DNA of 64,000 nucleotides. Source: Candidatus Latescibacterota bacterium. GTDB lineage: Bacteria > Latescibacterota > UBA2968 > UBA8231. The position numbers and the translations under genes were made by a program. Under the pieces are notes generated by a model. It was not told the origin of the DNA, searched no databases, and saw only the letters and a program-made list of their open reading frames with translations. Of the stretch, positions 27,096 through 36,298 are shown in pieces (the first letter of the stretch is position 1; each line of letters opens with the position of its first letter). The DNA lies in NCBI GenBank assembly GCA_965215195.1, contig CBDCDC010000001.1, forward strand, positions 480,001 through 544,000, given 5' to 3'.

Positions 27096-28640
27096 CTACT
27101 TCTTGTAGTTTTGCGGGCAGATGTCTAGTTTTTTGATATTATAAGAGAAAATGCGGGTCGTAGTGCCGAGGGTGCGGGCGGCCTTGGCCATATTGCCGCA
27201 GGCATTCTTGAGGGCTTCAATGAGGATTTCTCGTTTATAGGCCCGCACCATCGCCTCATACGAGCCGGCAACCGGCGTTCCGGTAGCATCAGCCGTTTGC
27301 AGGGAGGGGGGCAGGTGGTGGCCGTGGATGACGCCGTCGTTGCTGAGAATGATCGCCCGTTCAATGCAGTTTTCCAATTCGCGTACGTTGCCCGGCCAGT
27401 GGTAGCTCGTCATCATGTCAATAGCGGGCGTAGAGATGCGGTGCATCTCCACGCTGTGCTGACGAGCGTACTTTTCGAGGAAGTGGTCGGCGAGCTGGGT
27501 TATGTCGGATTTGCGCTCGCGCAAGGGCGGGATGAAGATGGGAAAGACATTGAGTCGGTAGAAGAGGTCCTCGCGGAAGGTCCCCTCGGTCATGGCTTTT
27601 TCCAAGTCGATGTGGGTCGCCGCCACGACGCGGACATCCGTCGGCACGGGGCCGCGGCCGCCGAGGCGCTCGACTTCGCGATTTTGCAGTACGCGGAGTA
27701 GCTTGACCTGCACACTCGGGCTGAGCTCGCCGATTTCGTCGAGGAAAATCGTCCCGCCGCGCGCTCGTTCAAACCGGCCGGCTTTGCTCGTCGAGGCCCC
27801 GGTGTACGCGCCGCGCTCGTAGCCGAATAGCTCGGATTCGACCAAGGTCTCCGGCAGGGAGGCGACATGCACTTTGACAAAGGGTTTGTCGGCGCGTAAG
27901 CTGTTGTAATGTATGGCATCTGCGGCAAGTTCCTTACCCGTGCCGCTCGCGCCGCGCAACAGGACCGTGGCGTCGCTGGGGGCCACTTGGCCGATGAGCT
28001 GGCCAACCTCCTGCATGGGTCGGGAGTTGCCGATGAGGTTGGCGGGGTGGAAGCGCTCGCGGAGCTCCTTTTGCAGGCGCAAGTTTTCGTCGAGGAGCTC
28101 GGTTTGCTCGGCGCGGGCGCGCTGCCGGGCGGCGACCGATTGGCCGATCATGACGGATATGATGGACAGCAGGCGCACGGTATCTTGCAGGCTTTCGTTA
28201 TTTTTGTAGGGAATATCGACGCTAATGGTGCCTACTACCTGCTGCTGCTGCAGGATGGGTACGCAAATGAACGAGGTCTGGCTCTTAGCCGCGCTGCCGC
28301 GAGCGCCGGTGCGGTTGAGGAAGAGAGGCTCGCTACTGATGCGCGGCACGATCACGGGTTTGCCCGATTCTACGACCTTGCCGGTGATGCCTTCTCCAAC
28401 GTCGTAGCGGCCGCGCTTGATTTCCGATTTCGAGAGCCCATACGCCACGTCAATGGAGACTTCGGTGGCTTTTTGGCTTAAGAGGCTGACCGTCCCCAAG
28501 CTCATGTCGAGCCGGTCGCACATGAGCTTGAGAATGACGTTGAGCGCCTTGTCAAACTCGGTCGTCGAGCCTAGTATTTGCCCGATTTCGTGTAGGATGG
28601 AGATTTGCTGTTGGGCACTGGCGGTCGGTTGGGTGGACAT
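27096..28640 (-). CDS. NifA-like GAF-AAA-HTH sigma54 activator
   Basis: GAF (GEGITGKV, EPLFLNRTG, SFICVPI), GASGTGKE, ESELFGYERGAYTGA, WPGNVRELEN. Confidence 0.9.
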   Translation of the reverse strand: MSTQPTASAQQQISILHEIGQILGSTTEFDKALNVILKLMCDRLDMSLGTVSLLSQKATEVSIDVAYGLSKSEIKRGRYDVGEGITGKVVESGKPVIVPRISSEPLFLNRTGARGSAAKSQTSFICVPILQQQQVVGTISVDIPYKNNESLQDTVRLLSIISVMIGQSVAARQRARAEQTELLDENLRLQKELRERFHPANLIGNSRPMQEVGQLIGQVAPSDATVLLRGASGTGKELAADAIHYNSLRADKPFVKVHVASLPETLVESELFGYERGAYTGASTSKAGRFERARGGTIFLDEIGELSPSVQVKLLRVLQNREVERLGGRGPVPTDVRVVAATHIDLEKAMTEGTFREDLFYRLNVFPIFIPPLRERKSDITQLADHFLEKYARQHSVEMHRISTPAIDMMTSYHWPGNVRELENCIERAIILSNDGVIHGHHLPPSLQTADATGTPVAGSYEAMVRAYKREILIEALKNACGNMAKAARTLGTTTRIFSYNIKKLDICPQNYKK

Positions 28641-29007
28641 AAGGCATCCTATCTTACGACATTTCTGTCGATAATATGAGGAAAATGACATTTTTGTAAA
28701 TATCAAAAAGCCACATATTCGTCGTCGAAAAGCGAAAAATCCACCAAAGATACAGGGATATGCGCCACAAGGGGCGTCATTTAAGCAAATGCAAAAGAAA
28801 CGTCGTACATTGTTGTAGCATAAACTATGCCATCGCAGATCGAGGTCCAAAAGATCCGCGGATACGGTGCGGCTCCTGCAGCCGCGAGAAGGTCATTGCC
28901 GCCGCAGGTTGCACGCTAGCAGCTTACCCCATGCTTGCGGTGCCGGATGGGTGCCCCTTTAGTCGCCCGTCCACCCTTTTGAAAGGCGGCAGGCCGCTGG
29001 GGAGTCA

Positions 29008-29982
29008 GTGTCCCCCTGTGCAAGAGTGGAGGGGGTTGATCTAAAAGCCAACGCCCGTACGAGAAAAATAACCTCTATCGCAGAAATGCGAGGAGGTTCT
29101 TCTCCTGATTTGGTATTCAGCGATAGGTTCAATGGCGAGCAACAGGCCGATGTTATCTATCACGAGTACACCCACGCCGTCATATACAAATTGCACGATC
29201 GCAACGTCGGCTCATCTGGACAAGGAGCAGCCCTTGGGGAAGCCGTAGCCTTTTACTTCCCTCAGTCGTTCCTCGATGACCCTCGACAGGAATCAGGCAC
29301 ACCCGATGAGTACGACCTCCTGTTTAACTTAAGGAAGTATCCAAGAGACTATAATAACACCACCTCAGCGCATCAGAGGGGTCTGATAGCAGCAGGGGCC
29401 GCTTGGGATCTTCGGGCTGACATAGGAGCGACCAAGACGGATAAAATCATCTTCGCCGCGATGGAGATGGACTCTCCCCGCGCCAATACCTTTGAGGAAT
29501 TTTACGACAATGTGCTGCTGGCCGACGACGACCTGTACGGGAATGGAACTTGGAACTGGCAGGGGTGTAGTCAAGGGGGCGACAAAAGTCCCCACGCCGG
29601 CGAAATATGGAAGGCCTTTGACGACAATCATGGAATGCCCTCCAGCCTGCTTGACGAAGATCCTGATTGTCCCTCCTCGAAGCCGCAAGCGCAAGGAGCG
29701 GCCGCCGATGCGGTCGAAGGGGCCTATCCCAATCCGTTCAATTCGTCCGTGCATCTGCGCTATCACCTCGACGAGCCGGGGCGGGTCGAGGTGGCTGTCT
29801 ATTCAACCACCGGCCAACTCATAAGACGCCTATCCTCCCACGAGCAGGCGCAGCCGGGGTCGTACTTGGTTGTTTGGGACGGGCAATCGGATGGGGGCAC
29901 ACCCGTTGCCAGCGGCGTGTACTTCGTGCGCGTGAAGTCGCCGAGCTTGGTCAAATCGTTCAAGCTCAGCCTGATTCGGTAG
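29008..29982 (+). pseudogene. N-terminally truncated M4/M36-type zinc metallopeptidase with a C-terminal FlgD-like domain
   Basis: DVIYHEYTH...ALGEA zinc motif; YPNPFN...WDG...ASGVYF domain; no signal peptide or propeptide; lower GC than neighbours. Confidence 0.6.
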
Positions 29983-29987
29983 CCCTG

Positions 29988-30614
29988 ATGAGACCGCTGA
30001 CGCTCAGCCTTATAGCCTGTTGGGTCTTGGCCGCTTGTAGTGAGCCGATGGGTTATTCGTGTGAGGATCCCGAGCCTTGGCCGGATTGGTCCTGTGCATC
30101 GGCGAAGTTGGCGCTCACATGCGCTGGTCTCCCGCCACCGGAGGCGGTGTGCCCGGAAATATTATTCCCTCTTCTTTCTTGGGCGATGAATGATCTGAAC
30201 TGGGGCTTTCTTATATACTTGATGTCCCCAGACTTCACGTTTGTTGATGAGACGACCGGAATCAGCACACAAGGCCGAGCGCACGAAGAGAGCCTAGCCG
30301 ATAGTAGTCTGTACTGCCACTACCGTGGAGCAGAGTTCGATTTCCACGTTTCCTCCCGCACCCAGACGGATGAGTGTCTAGTGGTGTGTGGATTGGTCGA
30401 AATGCGCCTGTACCGCGAGCATGACGCTGGTTTCATAGTCAACGACGAGACCTGTCTGACGGCTTGCCCACAAGCCGAGGACGGTTTATGGCGTCTGACT
30501 GAGTGGCGGATTTTGCGGAGTGTGCCCCCTGCGCAAACCGAGGAGGGATTTGAAGTGGCCACTTGGGGCGAAGTCAAAAGAAAGGAGTGGAGTAGGGATT
30601 TCTGCACAGACTGA
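29988..30614 (+). CDS. Cys-rich putative lipoprotein with an ATWGEVK motif
   Basis: LAAC lipobox; WRLTEW...ATWGEVK near the C-terminus. Confidence 0.6.
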   Translation: MRPLTLSLIACWVLAACSEPMGYSCEDPEPWPDWSCASAKLALTCAGLPPPEAVCPEILFPLLSWAMNDLNWGFLIYLMSPDFTFVDETTGISTQGRAHEESLADSSLYCHYRGAEFDFHVSSRTQTDECLVVCGLVEMRLYREHDAGFIVNDETCLTACPQAEDGLWRLTEWRILRSVPPAQTEEGFEVATWGEVKRKEWSRDFCTD

Positions 30615-30619
30615 ATGGC

Positions 30620-30659
30620 AAAGGCCCCCTTGGCACGTCGTTGCCAAGGGGGCCTTTTT
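30620..30659 (+). terminator. Rho-independent terminator
   Basis: 16-bp stem aaaggcccccttggca / tgccaagggggccttt ending in a T-tract. Confidence 0.85.
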
Positions 30660-30775
30660 ATGCCCGAAAATTTCAAAGAACACCACTACCTCATTGCCGC
30701 AATGCATCAACCCGGTTATTATTTTGCAATGAGAATTTTTGCAATGTCAGTCAATAGTGGTCGTGCGAGGTTGGC

Positions 30776-31549
30776 ATGAGTCGAGATATGACCGACCTAT
30801 TAAATGAATGGTCCTTCGATCCAGAGGCGAATGTGCGAAAAATATCGGGAAGGGACGGGATTGCGAAGATTCAAATCCGGGTGGATCAAGGGGCCTTTCA
30901 GGGCATTTTGCAGCTAAATCTCGATGGCCGGCCCGACGGCCGCCGCCCTCACGAGCGGGACTTTGCCCTCGATTACTACCGAGACGAATTAAAAAAATAC
31001 CGCCGCGAGCACGGGGCCAGCGACGAGGGCTTCGCGCTCGATGAAGCGGCTTGCCGCGAGCTTTTCGACGAGGGGAGCCGCTTGTACAAGCGCTACGCCT
31101 TTTTGATCCAACTGCACGACTACCGCCGGGTCGTGCGCGATACCGAGCGCAATATGATGCTCTTTCGGTTTGTCAACCGCTATGCCGAGCGCGAAGAGGA
31201 CCGCGACAATCTAGAGAAATGGTGGCCCTATATCTTGCGCATCAACGGCGTGGCCCGAGCCATGATCGCGGTCGGCGACCAAGACTACGATGGCGCATTG
31301 GCGATCGTGCAGCGGACCCGCGCGCGGATTGGCACGTGGCCCGAGGTGGAGGCCGAGGAGTTCTACCTCGAGCGCGAGCGTTCAGAAACCGCGCTCGAGG
31401 AGCTGGAGCAGGAGATTTTGCAAAAGAGGCCGCTGAGCCAAAAGGAGCAGCTAGAGCGCTGGCTACAAGAAGCGGTCGATAGCGAAGAATTTGAAAAAGC
31501 CGCGCTTTTGCGCGACGAACTCAAGAAGTTGCGGGAGGACGAAGGCTGA
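30776..31549 (+). CDS. UvrB/UvrC-motif-containing protein
   Basis: LDGRPDGRRPH, VVRDTERN, C-terminal AVDSEEFEKAALLRDEL UVR motif. Confidence 0.8.
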   Translation: MSRDMTDLLNEWSFDPEANVRKISGRDGIAKIQIRVDQGAFQGILQLNLDGRPDGRRPHERDFALDYYRDELKKYRREHGASDEGFALDEAACRELFDEGSRLYKRYAFLIQLHDYRRVVRDTERNMMLFRFVNRYAEREEDRDNLEKWWPYILRINGVARAMIAVGDQDYDGALAIVQRTRARIGTWPEVEAEEFYLERERSETALEELEQEILQKRPLSQKEQLERWLQEAVDSEEFEKAALLRDELKKLREDEG

Positions 31550-31581
31550 GCGCCTCCCTGCTACATCCTACCGAATTGGCG

Positions 31582-31610
31582 GTCCGCTGCCCTAGACGCG
31601 GGCAGCGGAC
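31582..31610. terminator. Stem-loop between convergent genes
   Basis: gtccgctgccc / gggcagcggac. Confidence 0.65.
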
Positions 31611-31622
31611 TCCGTTGCAATC

Positions 31623-32492
31623 CTAGTAAAACTCCGTTTCGTCGACCAACGCGAGGAGCGACTGATAGCGAGTCGGGTGGCGGAGCTTGCTCAGGGCGCG
31701 CTCCTTGAGCTGGCGCACGCGCTCCCGCGTCAGGCCCATCAACCCGCCGATCTGCTCCAAGGTTAGCTGGCTGCCATCGAGACCGAAGTAGAGGCGAATG
31801 ATGCGCAACTCGCGGTCTTCGAGGCTGGCGAGGGCTTCCTCTAAGTGGGCGCGGGCCGAGCTTTGCAAGACGTCGCTGTCGGGCGTGGCCTGATTGTCGT
31901 CGGCGAGGAGGCTGAGCAAGCTGCGGTCGTCGTCGTCCTCAAAGGACTCGTCGAGCGAGCGCACTGAGCGGGCACTGAGCATGGTGTCGAGAATCTCCTC
32001 GGTTGGCAGGCCCAACTCAGCGGCGATTTCTTCGACGTCCGGCTCGCTCTCGCGGCCTTGGCCCAGCTTGCGCACGGCCCGCGAAATGTCCTTGAGCAGG
32101 CTGAGCTTGTTCAGGGGCAGGCGCACGGTGCGGGCGTGCTCGGCGATGGTCTGCAAGATAGACTGCTTGATCCACCACACCGCGTACGAGATGAACTTGT
32201 ATCCCTTGGTGCCGTCGAAGCGCTCGGCAGCGGTCAGCAAGCCCACGTTGCCCGCGCTGATCAAGTCTTCTAGCGAGAGACCGCGGTTCTGGTAGTTTTT
32301 GGCCACATCGATGACGAAGCGCAAGTTGGCTTGAACCAACTCGTCGCGGGCGGCCATGTCGCCGCCTTGGATCCGCGCCGACAGCTCAACTTCCCGCTGG
32401 CGGCTCAGCGGCCGAGACTCGGCAATGTCGTCGAAGTAGAGGCGCAGTACGTTGTCCTCGTCGTTTAGGGCTTCTTGGATCGCGTAAGCCAT
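31623..32492 (-). CDS. RpoD/RpoS-family sigma70 factor lacking region 1.1
   Basis: ANLRFV, KFISYAVWWIKQ, RTVRLP, TLEQIG..TRERVRQL. Confidence 0.92.
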   Translation of the reverse strand: MAYAIQEALNDEDNVLRLYFDDIAESRPLSRQREVELSARIQGGDMAARDELVQANLRFVIDVAKNYQNRGLSLEDLISAGNVGLLTAAERFDGTKGYKFISYAVWWIKQSILQTIAEHARTVRLPLNKLSLLKDISRAVRKLGQGRESEPDVEEIAAELGLPTEEILDTMLSARSVRSLDESFEDDDDRSLLSLLADDNQATPDSDVLQSSARAHLEEALASLEDRELRIIRLYFGLDGSQLTLEQIGGLMGLTRERVRQLKERALSKLRHPTRYQSLLALVDETEFY

Positions 32493-32806
32493 GTGCGAAA
32501 CCTTCCTTGGGTAATGGGGTCAGCAGGTGCAAATTTTTGCACTCAGTTGCGACAATTTTGGGCCGACGTTCCGCAAGGCGCTTGAATTGCGCGAGTTAGA
32601 AGCGTCAACTCTGGTGTGCTCAAAGTGCATAATTTGCATTCTCACCATTTCAATTGGGGGCCGCAAAGCACCCCCGCGTTGCTCAATGCTTGCTCTGACA
32701 AAATTGCTTGCTCTGTATTAACAAATAGTTAAGGCCGAAACGCGCCGTGAAACTCTTATGGTCGCGCAGAGGGCGACTGGCGCTCCTTTGGACTCACGTA
32801 TAGATA

Positions 32807-32822
32807 AGCAAATCCAATGCCA
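32807..32822 (-). promoter_or_regulatory. sigma54 promoter about 315 bp upstream of the sigma70 gene
   Basis: TGGCATTGGATTTGCT (GG-N10-GC). Confidence 0.7.
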
Positions 32823-32990
32823 CACTTGCTTGCTTACTAGTTAAGGCATTGTGAATGCGTTAGTTATGCAAAAGGCCCTGCCGGGTCGAGGAGCGGGTCG
32901 AGGGGCCGCGCAGGTGCAAAAGTGCAAAAAATGCAGAAGCTGCCTAAAATTGGCGAGCGGCTGCCGACTGGTCGTGCGTACGCCGACAGC

Positions 32991-34355
32991 TTACTTGGCC
33001 GTGATATTGTAGCGCTTGAGCTTGTACTGGAGGGAGCGGACGCTAATGCCCAAAATGGCGGCCGCTTCGCGGCGGTTGCCCGTGAGGCGTTGGAGGGTCT
33101 GGCGGATGAGCTCGGCTTCGACCTCTTGCAGGGAAGAGCCGAGGGCCATTGAGAACTGCCCGGGGCCATCGGCTAGCTCGCCGAGCGGGCCGGGCAGGTG
33201 TTCGGGGAGGATGACCGCAACCGGGGTGGTGACCACGAGCCGCTGTAGCAGGTTGCGCAACTGGCGCACATTGCCCGGCCAATCATAGGCGATGAGCCCC
33301 TCCATAGCTTCTGGGCTGATTTTCTTGGGGGGCTTGTTTTGGGCGCGGCAGGTTTCATCGAGGCACATTTCGACCAAGACCGGGATGTCTTCGCGCCGCT
33401 GGCGCAAGGGGGGAATGTCGATGGGGATCACGTTGAGGCGGTAGTACAGGTCTTCGCGGAAGGCCCCTGTTGCGACAGCGGCTTCGAGGTCGCGGTTGGT
33501 GGCGGCAATGATGCGCACATCGGCGCGGTGGGGCTTAGGGTCCCCGAGCGGTTGGAACTCGTGGTTCTCTAGGACGCGCAATAGCTCGACCTGATTTTTG
33601 TGCGAGACCTCGCCGATTTCGTCGAGGAAAAGAGTCCCGCCCTCGGCGAGGGTGAAGCGGCCGGGCCGGTCGGCGTGGGCGCTGGTAAAAGCCCCGCGCT
33701 TGTGGCCGAACAGTTCGCTGGTAAAAAGCTCCTCGGTGAAGCCACCGCAGTTGACGGCCACAAAGGGACCTTCGCGGCGCTTGCTGCGCTCGTGGATGGC
33801 GCGTGCTACCAAATCCTTGCCGACGCCGGTCTCGCCGCGCAAGAGCACCGGCACATCCGCTTGGGCCACTTGTTTGATCGTGGCCGCGGCCGCCTGCATG
33901 GCCGGGCTGCGGCGCACGAGGCGGCGGAAGGGTGCTTCTTTTTCGAGGCGGTTGTGGAGCTTGCGGTTTTCCACGACGAGCTCAAAGCGATCGAGGGCGC
34001 GGGCGACTACGAGGCGCAGGTGGTCTAGATCGACGGGTTTGGTCACTACGTCGTACGCGCCTTTGCGCATGGCTTCGACCGCGGTGTGGACGTTGTCGTG
34101 GGCCGTGAGTACGATGCACAGGGTGTCGGGGTGGTGCTGGCCGACCTCCTGCAAAAGTTGCATCCCAGAGGGGCCGGGCATCTGCAAGTCGAGAATGGCC
34201 AAGTGAAAGTCGCCGGCTTTCAGCATCCGGCGCGTTTGGGCACCGTCGGCAGCGGTTTCGATGGCATAACCGGGTTTTTGCAATGCCTCTTGCAGCCCTT
34301 CGCGGATAAAGAGCGAGTGGTCGGCGATGAGGATGTTGGCTTGGAGTTGGGGCAT
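32991..34355 (-). CDS. sigma54-dependent response regulator (no adjacent kinase)
   Basis: DLQMP receiver, GETGVGKD, SELFGHKRGAFTSA, FREDLYYRLNV, HTH. Confidence 0.9.
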   Translation of the reverse strand: MPQLQANILIADHSLFIREGLQEALQKPGYAIETAADGAQTRRMLKAGDFHLAILDLQMPGPSGMQLLQEVGQHHPDTLCIVLTAHDNVHTAVEAMRKGAYDVVTKPVDLDHLRLVVARALDRFELVVENRKLHNRLEKEAPFRRLVRRSPAMQAAAATIKQVAQADVPVLLRGETGVGKDLVARAIHERSKRREGPFVAVNCGGFTEELFTSELFGHKRGAFTSAHADRPGRFTLAEGGTLFLDEIGEVSHKNQVELLRVLENHEFQPLGDPKPHRADVRIIAATNRDLEAAVATGAFREDLYYRLNVIPIDIPPLRQRREDIPVLVEMCLDETCRAQNKPPKKISPEAMEGLIAYDWPGNVRQLRNLLQRLVVTTPVAVILPEHLPGPLGELADGPGQFSMALGSSLQEVEAELIRQTLQRLTGNRREAAAILGISVRSLQYKLKRYNITAK

Positions 34356-34399
34356 GAGCTTCTGTTGACAGTGCTGGGAAGTGGACTAGCTTTTCCTGC

Positions 34400-35128
34400 A
34401 TGGAGAATAAGCAAAACATCGCCGAGCACAAGAGGCGCAACCGAGACATGTTCAACGCCATTGCCCGGCGCTACGATTTGCTCAATCACCTGCTCAGTGG
34501 CGGCGTAGATGTGTACTGGCGGCGGTGCGCCCTCGACTGCGCCTTGGGCTCCTCCCCGCAGCGCGTCTTGGACTTGGCTACCGGCACCGGCGATTTTGCC
34601 CTAGCGGCGGCGCGGTTGAGGCCGCAGCAGGTCGTCGGTATTGACATGGCCGTTGAGATGCTGCGGTTGGGTGCCGCCAAGGTCGCTGCCAAACGCCCGC
34701 CGATGCCGCTGGAACTCTTGGTCGGCGACGCCGAGCAGTTGCCGTTTCAGGAGGCCACCTTCGACTTGGTGACCGGGGCCTTTGGCGTGCGCAACTTTGG
34801 GCACATTCCCAGCGGCTTGGCCGAGGCCCACCGCGTCCTCAAACCCGGCGGCCAGATCTTGGTGCTCGACTTTTGCGAGCCGACTGCGCCGCTGTTTAGG
34901 CAATTGTACTTGTTTTACTTCCACAAAGTGCTGCCCCTGATCGGCGGCCTAATCTCCGGCCAGCGCCGGGCCTACGCCTATCTGCCGCGCTCGGTGGGGA
35001 CTTTTCCCCAAGGGCCGGCCTTTGTCGAATTGCTCGCCGCGGCTGGTTTCAGCCAAGCGCGCTACACGCCCATGACGCTGGGGATTGCCGCGGTGTACCA
35101 AGGCGTCAAAGGGCCGGTTGACGAATGA
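34400..35128 (+). CDS. menG: Demethylmenaquinone methyltransferase (UbiE/MenG)
   Basis: MFNAIARRYDLLNHLLS, LDLATGTGD, FGVRN, AYAYLPRS. Confidence 0.92.
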   Translation: MENKQNIAEHKRRNRDMFNAIARRYDLLNHLLSGGVDVYWRRCALDCALGSSPQRVLDLATGTGDFALAAARLRPQQVVGIDMAVEMLRLGAAKVAAKRPPMPLELLVGDAEQLPFQEATFDLVTGAFGVRNFGHIPSGLAEAHRVLKPGGQILVLDFCEPTAPLFRQLYLFYFHKVLPLIGGLISGQRRAYAYLPRSVGTFPQGPAFVELLAAAGFSQARYTPMTLGIAAVYQGVKGPVDE

Positions 35129-35168
35129 GATACCCATAGGTATTATGTACTAAACGCGGGAGAAATAA

Positions 35169-36293
35169 GTGATTTACGACGACCTTATCGGCCGCGCCGG
35201 CCTCGCAGATATCCACGACAAAGTGATGACCGGCCAGCGCTTGAGCTTGGACGATGGCTTGCGCCTGTACGCCTGCGACGAGCTGCCCATCTTGGGCTAT
35301 CTGGCCAATATCGTCCGCGAGCGCAAAAGCGGCGATATTGCGTACTACGTACGCAACCAGCACATCAACTACACCAACATCTGCAACAAGCTCTGCAAGT
35401 TCTGCTCCTTCTACGTCAAGCCCAAAGACGAGCGCGGCTACGTGTTGGCCCCCGAGCAGGTCGCCGCGCGCGTCGCCGAGTACGACCAAGCCCCGATCAC
35501 CGAGATCCACGTGGTCGGCGGCGTCAATCCCAAGCTGCCCTACCAATACTATCTCGACGTCTTGCAGGCCATGAAGCAAGCCCGCCCGGCCGCGCATCTG
35601 AAGGCCTTCACCATGATCGAGATCGCCCAGATCCAGCGCATCGCCAAAAAGCCGCTCGCAGAGGTCTTTGCCGATATGAAGGCGGCCGGGTTGGAGTCGT
35701 TGCCCGGCGGTGGGGCCGAGGTATTTAGCGATCGGGTCCAAGGCGACCTCTTCTGGACCAAGGCGGATTCCGAGGAGTGGCTGGAAATCGCGCAGGCGGC
35801 GCATCGAGCCGGCCTGCCCTCCAACGCCACCATGCTCTACGGTCACATCGAAAACACCTCAGAGAAGGTCTATCACCTCGTGCGGCTGCGCGAAGTGCAG
35901 GACGAGACCGGCGGTTTCCTCTGCTATATCCCACTCTCCTTCCACCCCGAGCGCACCGAGCTGGCGGACTTACCCGGGCCGACGGGTTGCCTAGACCTCA
36001 AGGAAATCGCCGTGGGGCGGCTGATGCTCGACAATTTCCCCCACGTCAAGACCTTTTGGATTATGAACACCATTGAGATTTCGCAAACCGCGCTCTGGTA
36101 CGGGGCCGACGATATCGACGGCACGGTCATGGACTACGAAATCACCCGCAAGAGTTTCACCCAGACCCAGCAGCGGCTGACCCAAGCCGAACTCGTGCAG
36201 CGCATCGTCGAGGCCGGGCGCCAGCCGCTAGAGCGCGACTCCCTCTACAATATCGTCGCCGATACCCCAGCTCTGCTGGCGGCGGCCGGATAG
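35169..36293 (+). CDS. mqnE: Aminofutalosine synthase (radical SAM)
   Basis: CNKLCKFC, EIHVVGG, LKAFT, SNATMLYGHIE, HVKTFW, GADDIDGT. Confidence 0.9.
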   Translation: MIYDDLIGRAGLADIHDKVMTGQRLSLDDGLRLYACDELPILGYLANIVRERKSGDIAYYVRNQHINYTNICNKLCKFCSFYVKPKDERGYVLAPEQVAARVAEYDQAPITEIHVVGGVNPKLPYQYYLDVLQAMKQARPAAHLKAFTMIEIAQIQRIAKKPLAEVFADMKAAGLESLPGGGAEVFSDRVQGDLFWTKADSEEWLEIAQAAHRAGLPSNATMLYGHIENTSEKVYHLVRLREVQDETGGFLCYIPLSFHPERTELADLPGPTGCLDLKEIAVGRLMLDNFPHVKTFWIMNTIEISQTALWYGADDIDGTVMDYEITRKSFTQTQQRLTQAELVQRIVEAGRQPLERDSLYNIVADTPALLAAAG

Positions 36294-36298
36294 CACCC

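Noticed and set aside
27096-28640. nifA as evidence of nitrogen fixation
   Set aside because: No nif structural genes nearby; the context is ammonium assimilation
29667-29987. Fusion of the protease tail with the downstream lipoprotein (315-aa ORF)
   Set aside because: The upstream part is an alternate frame of the FlgD domain; a proper signal peptide begins at ATG 29988
30630-30645. sigma54-like TTGGCACGTCGTTGCC
   Set aside because: GG-to-GC spacing is 9, not 10, and the sequence is the stem-loop of a terminator
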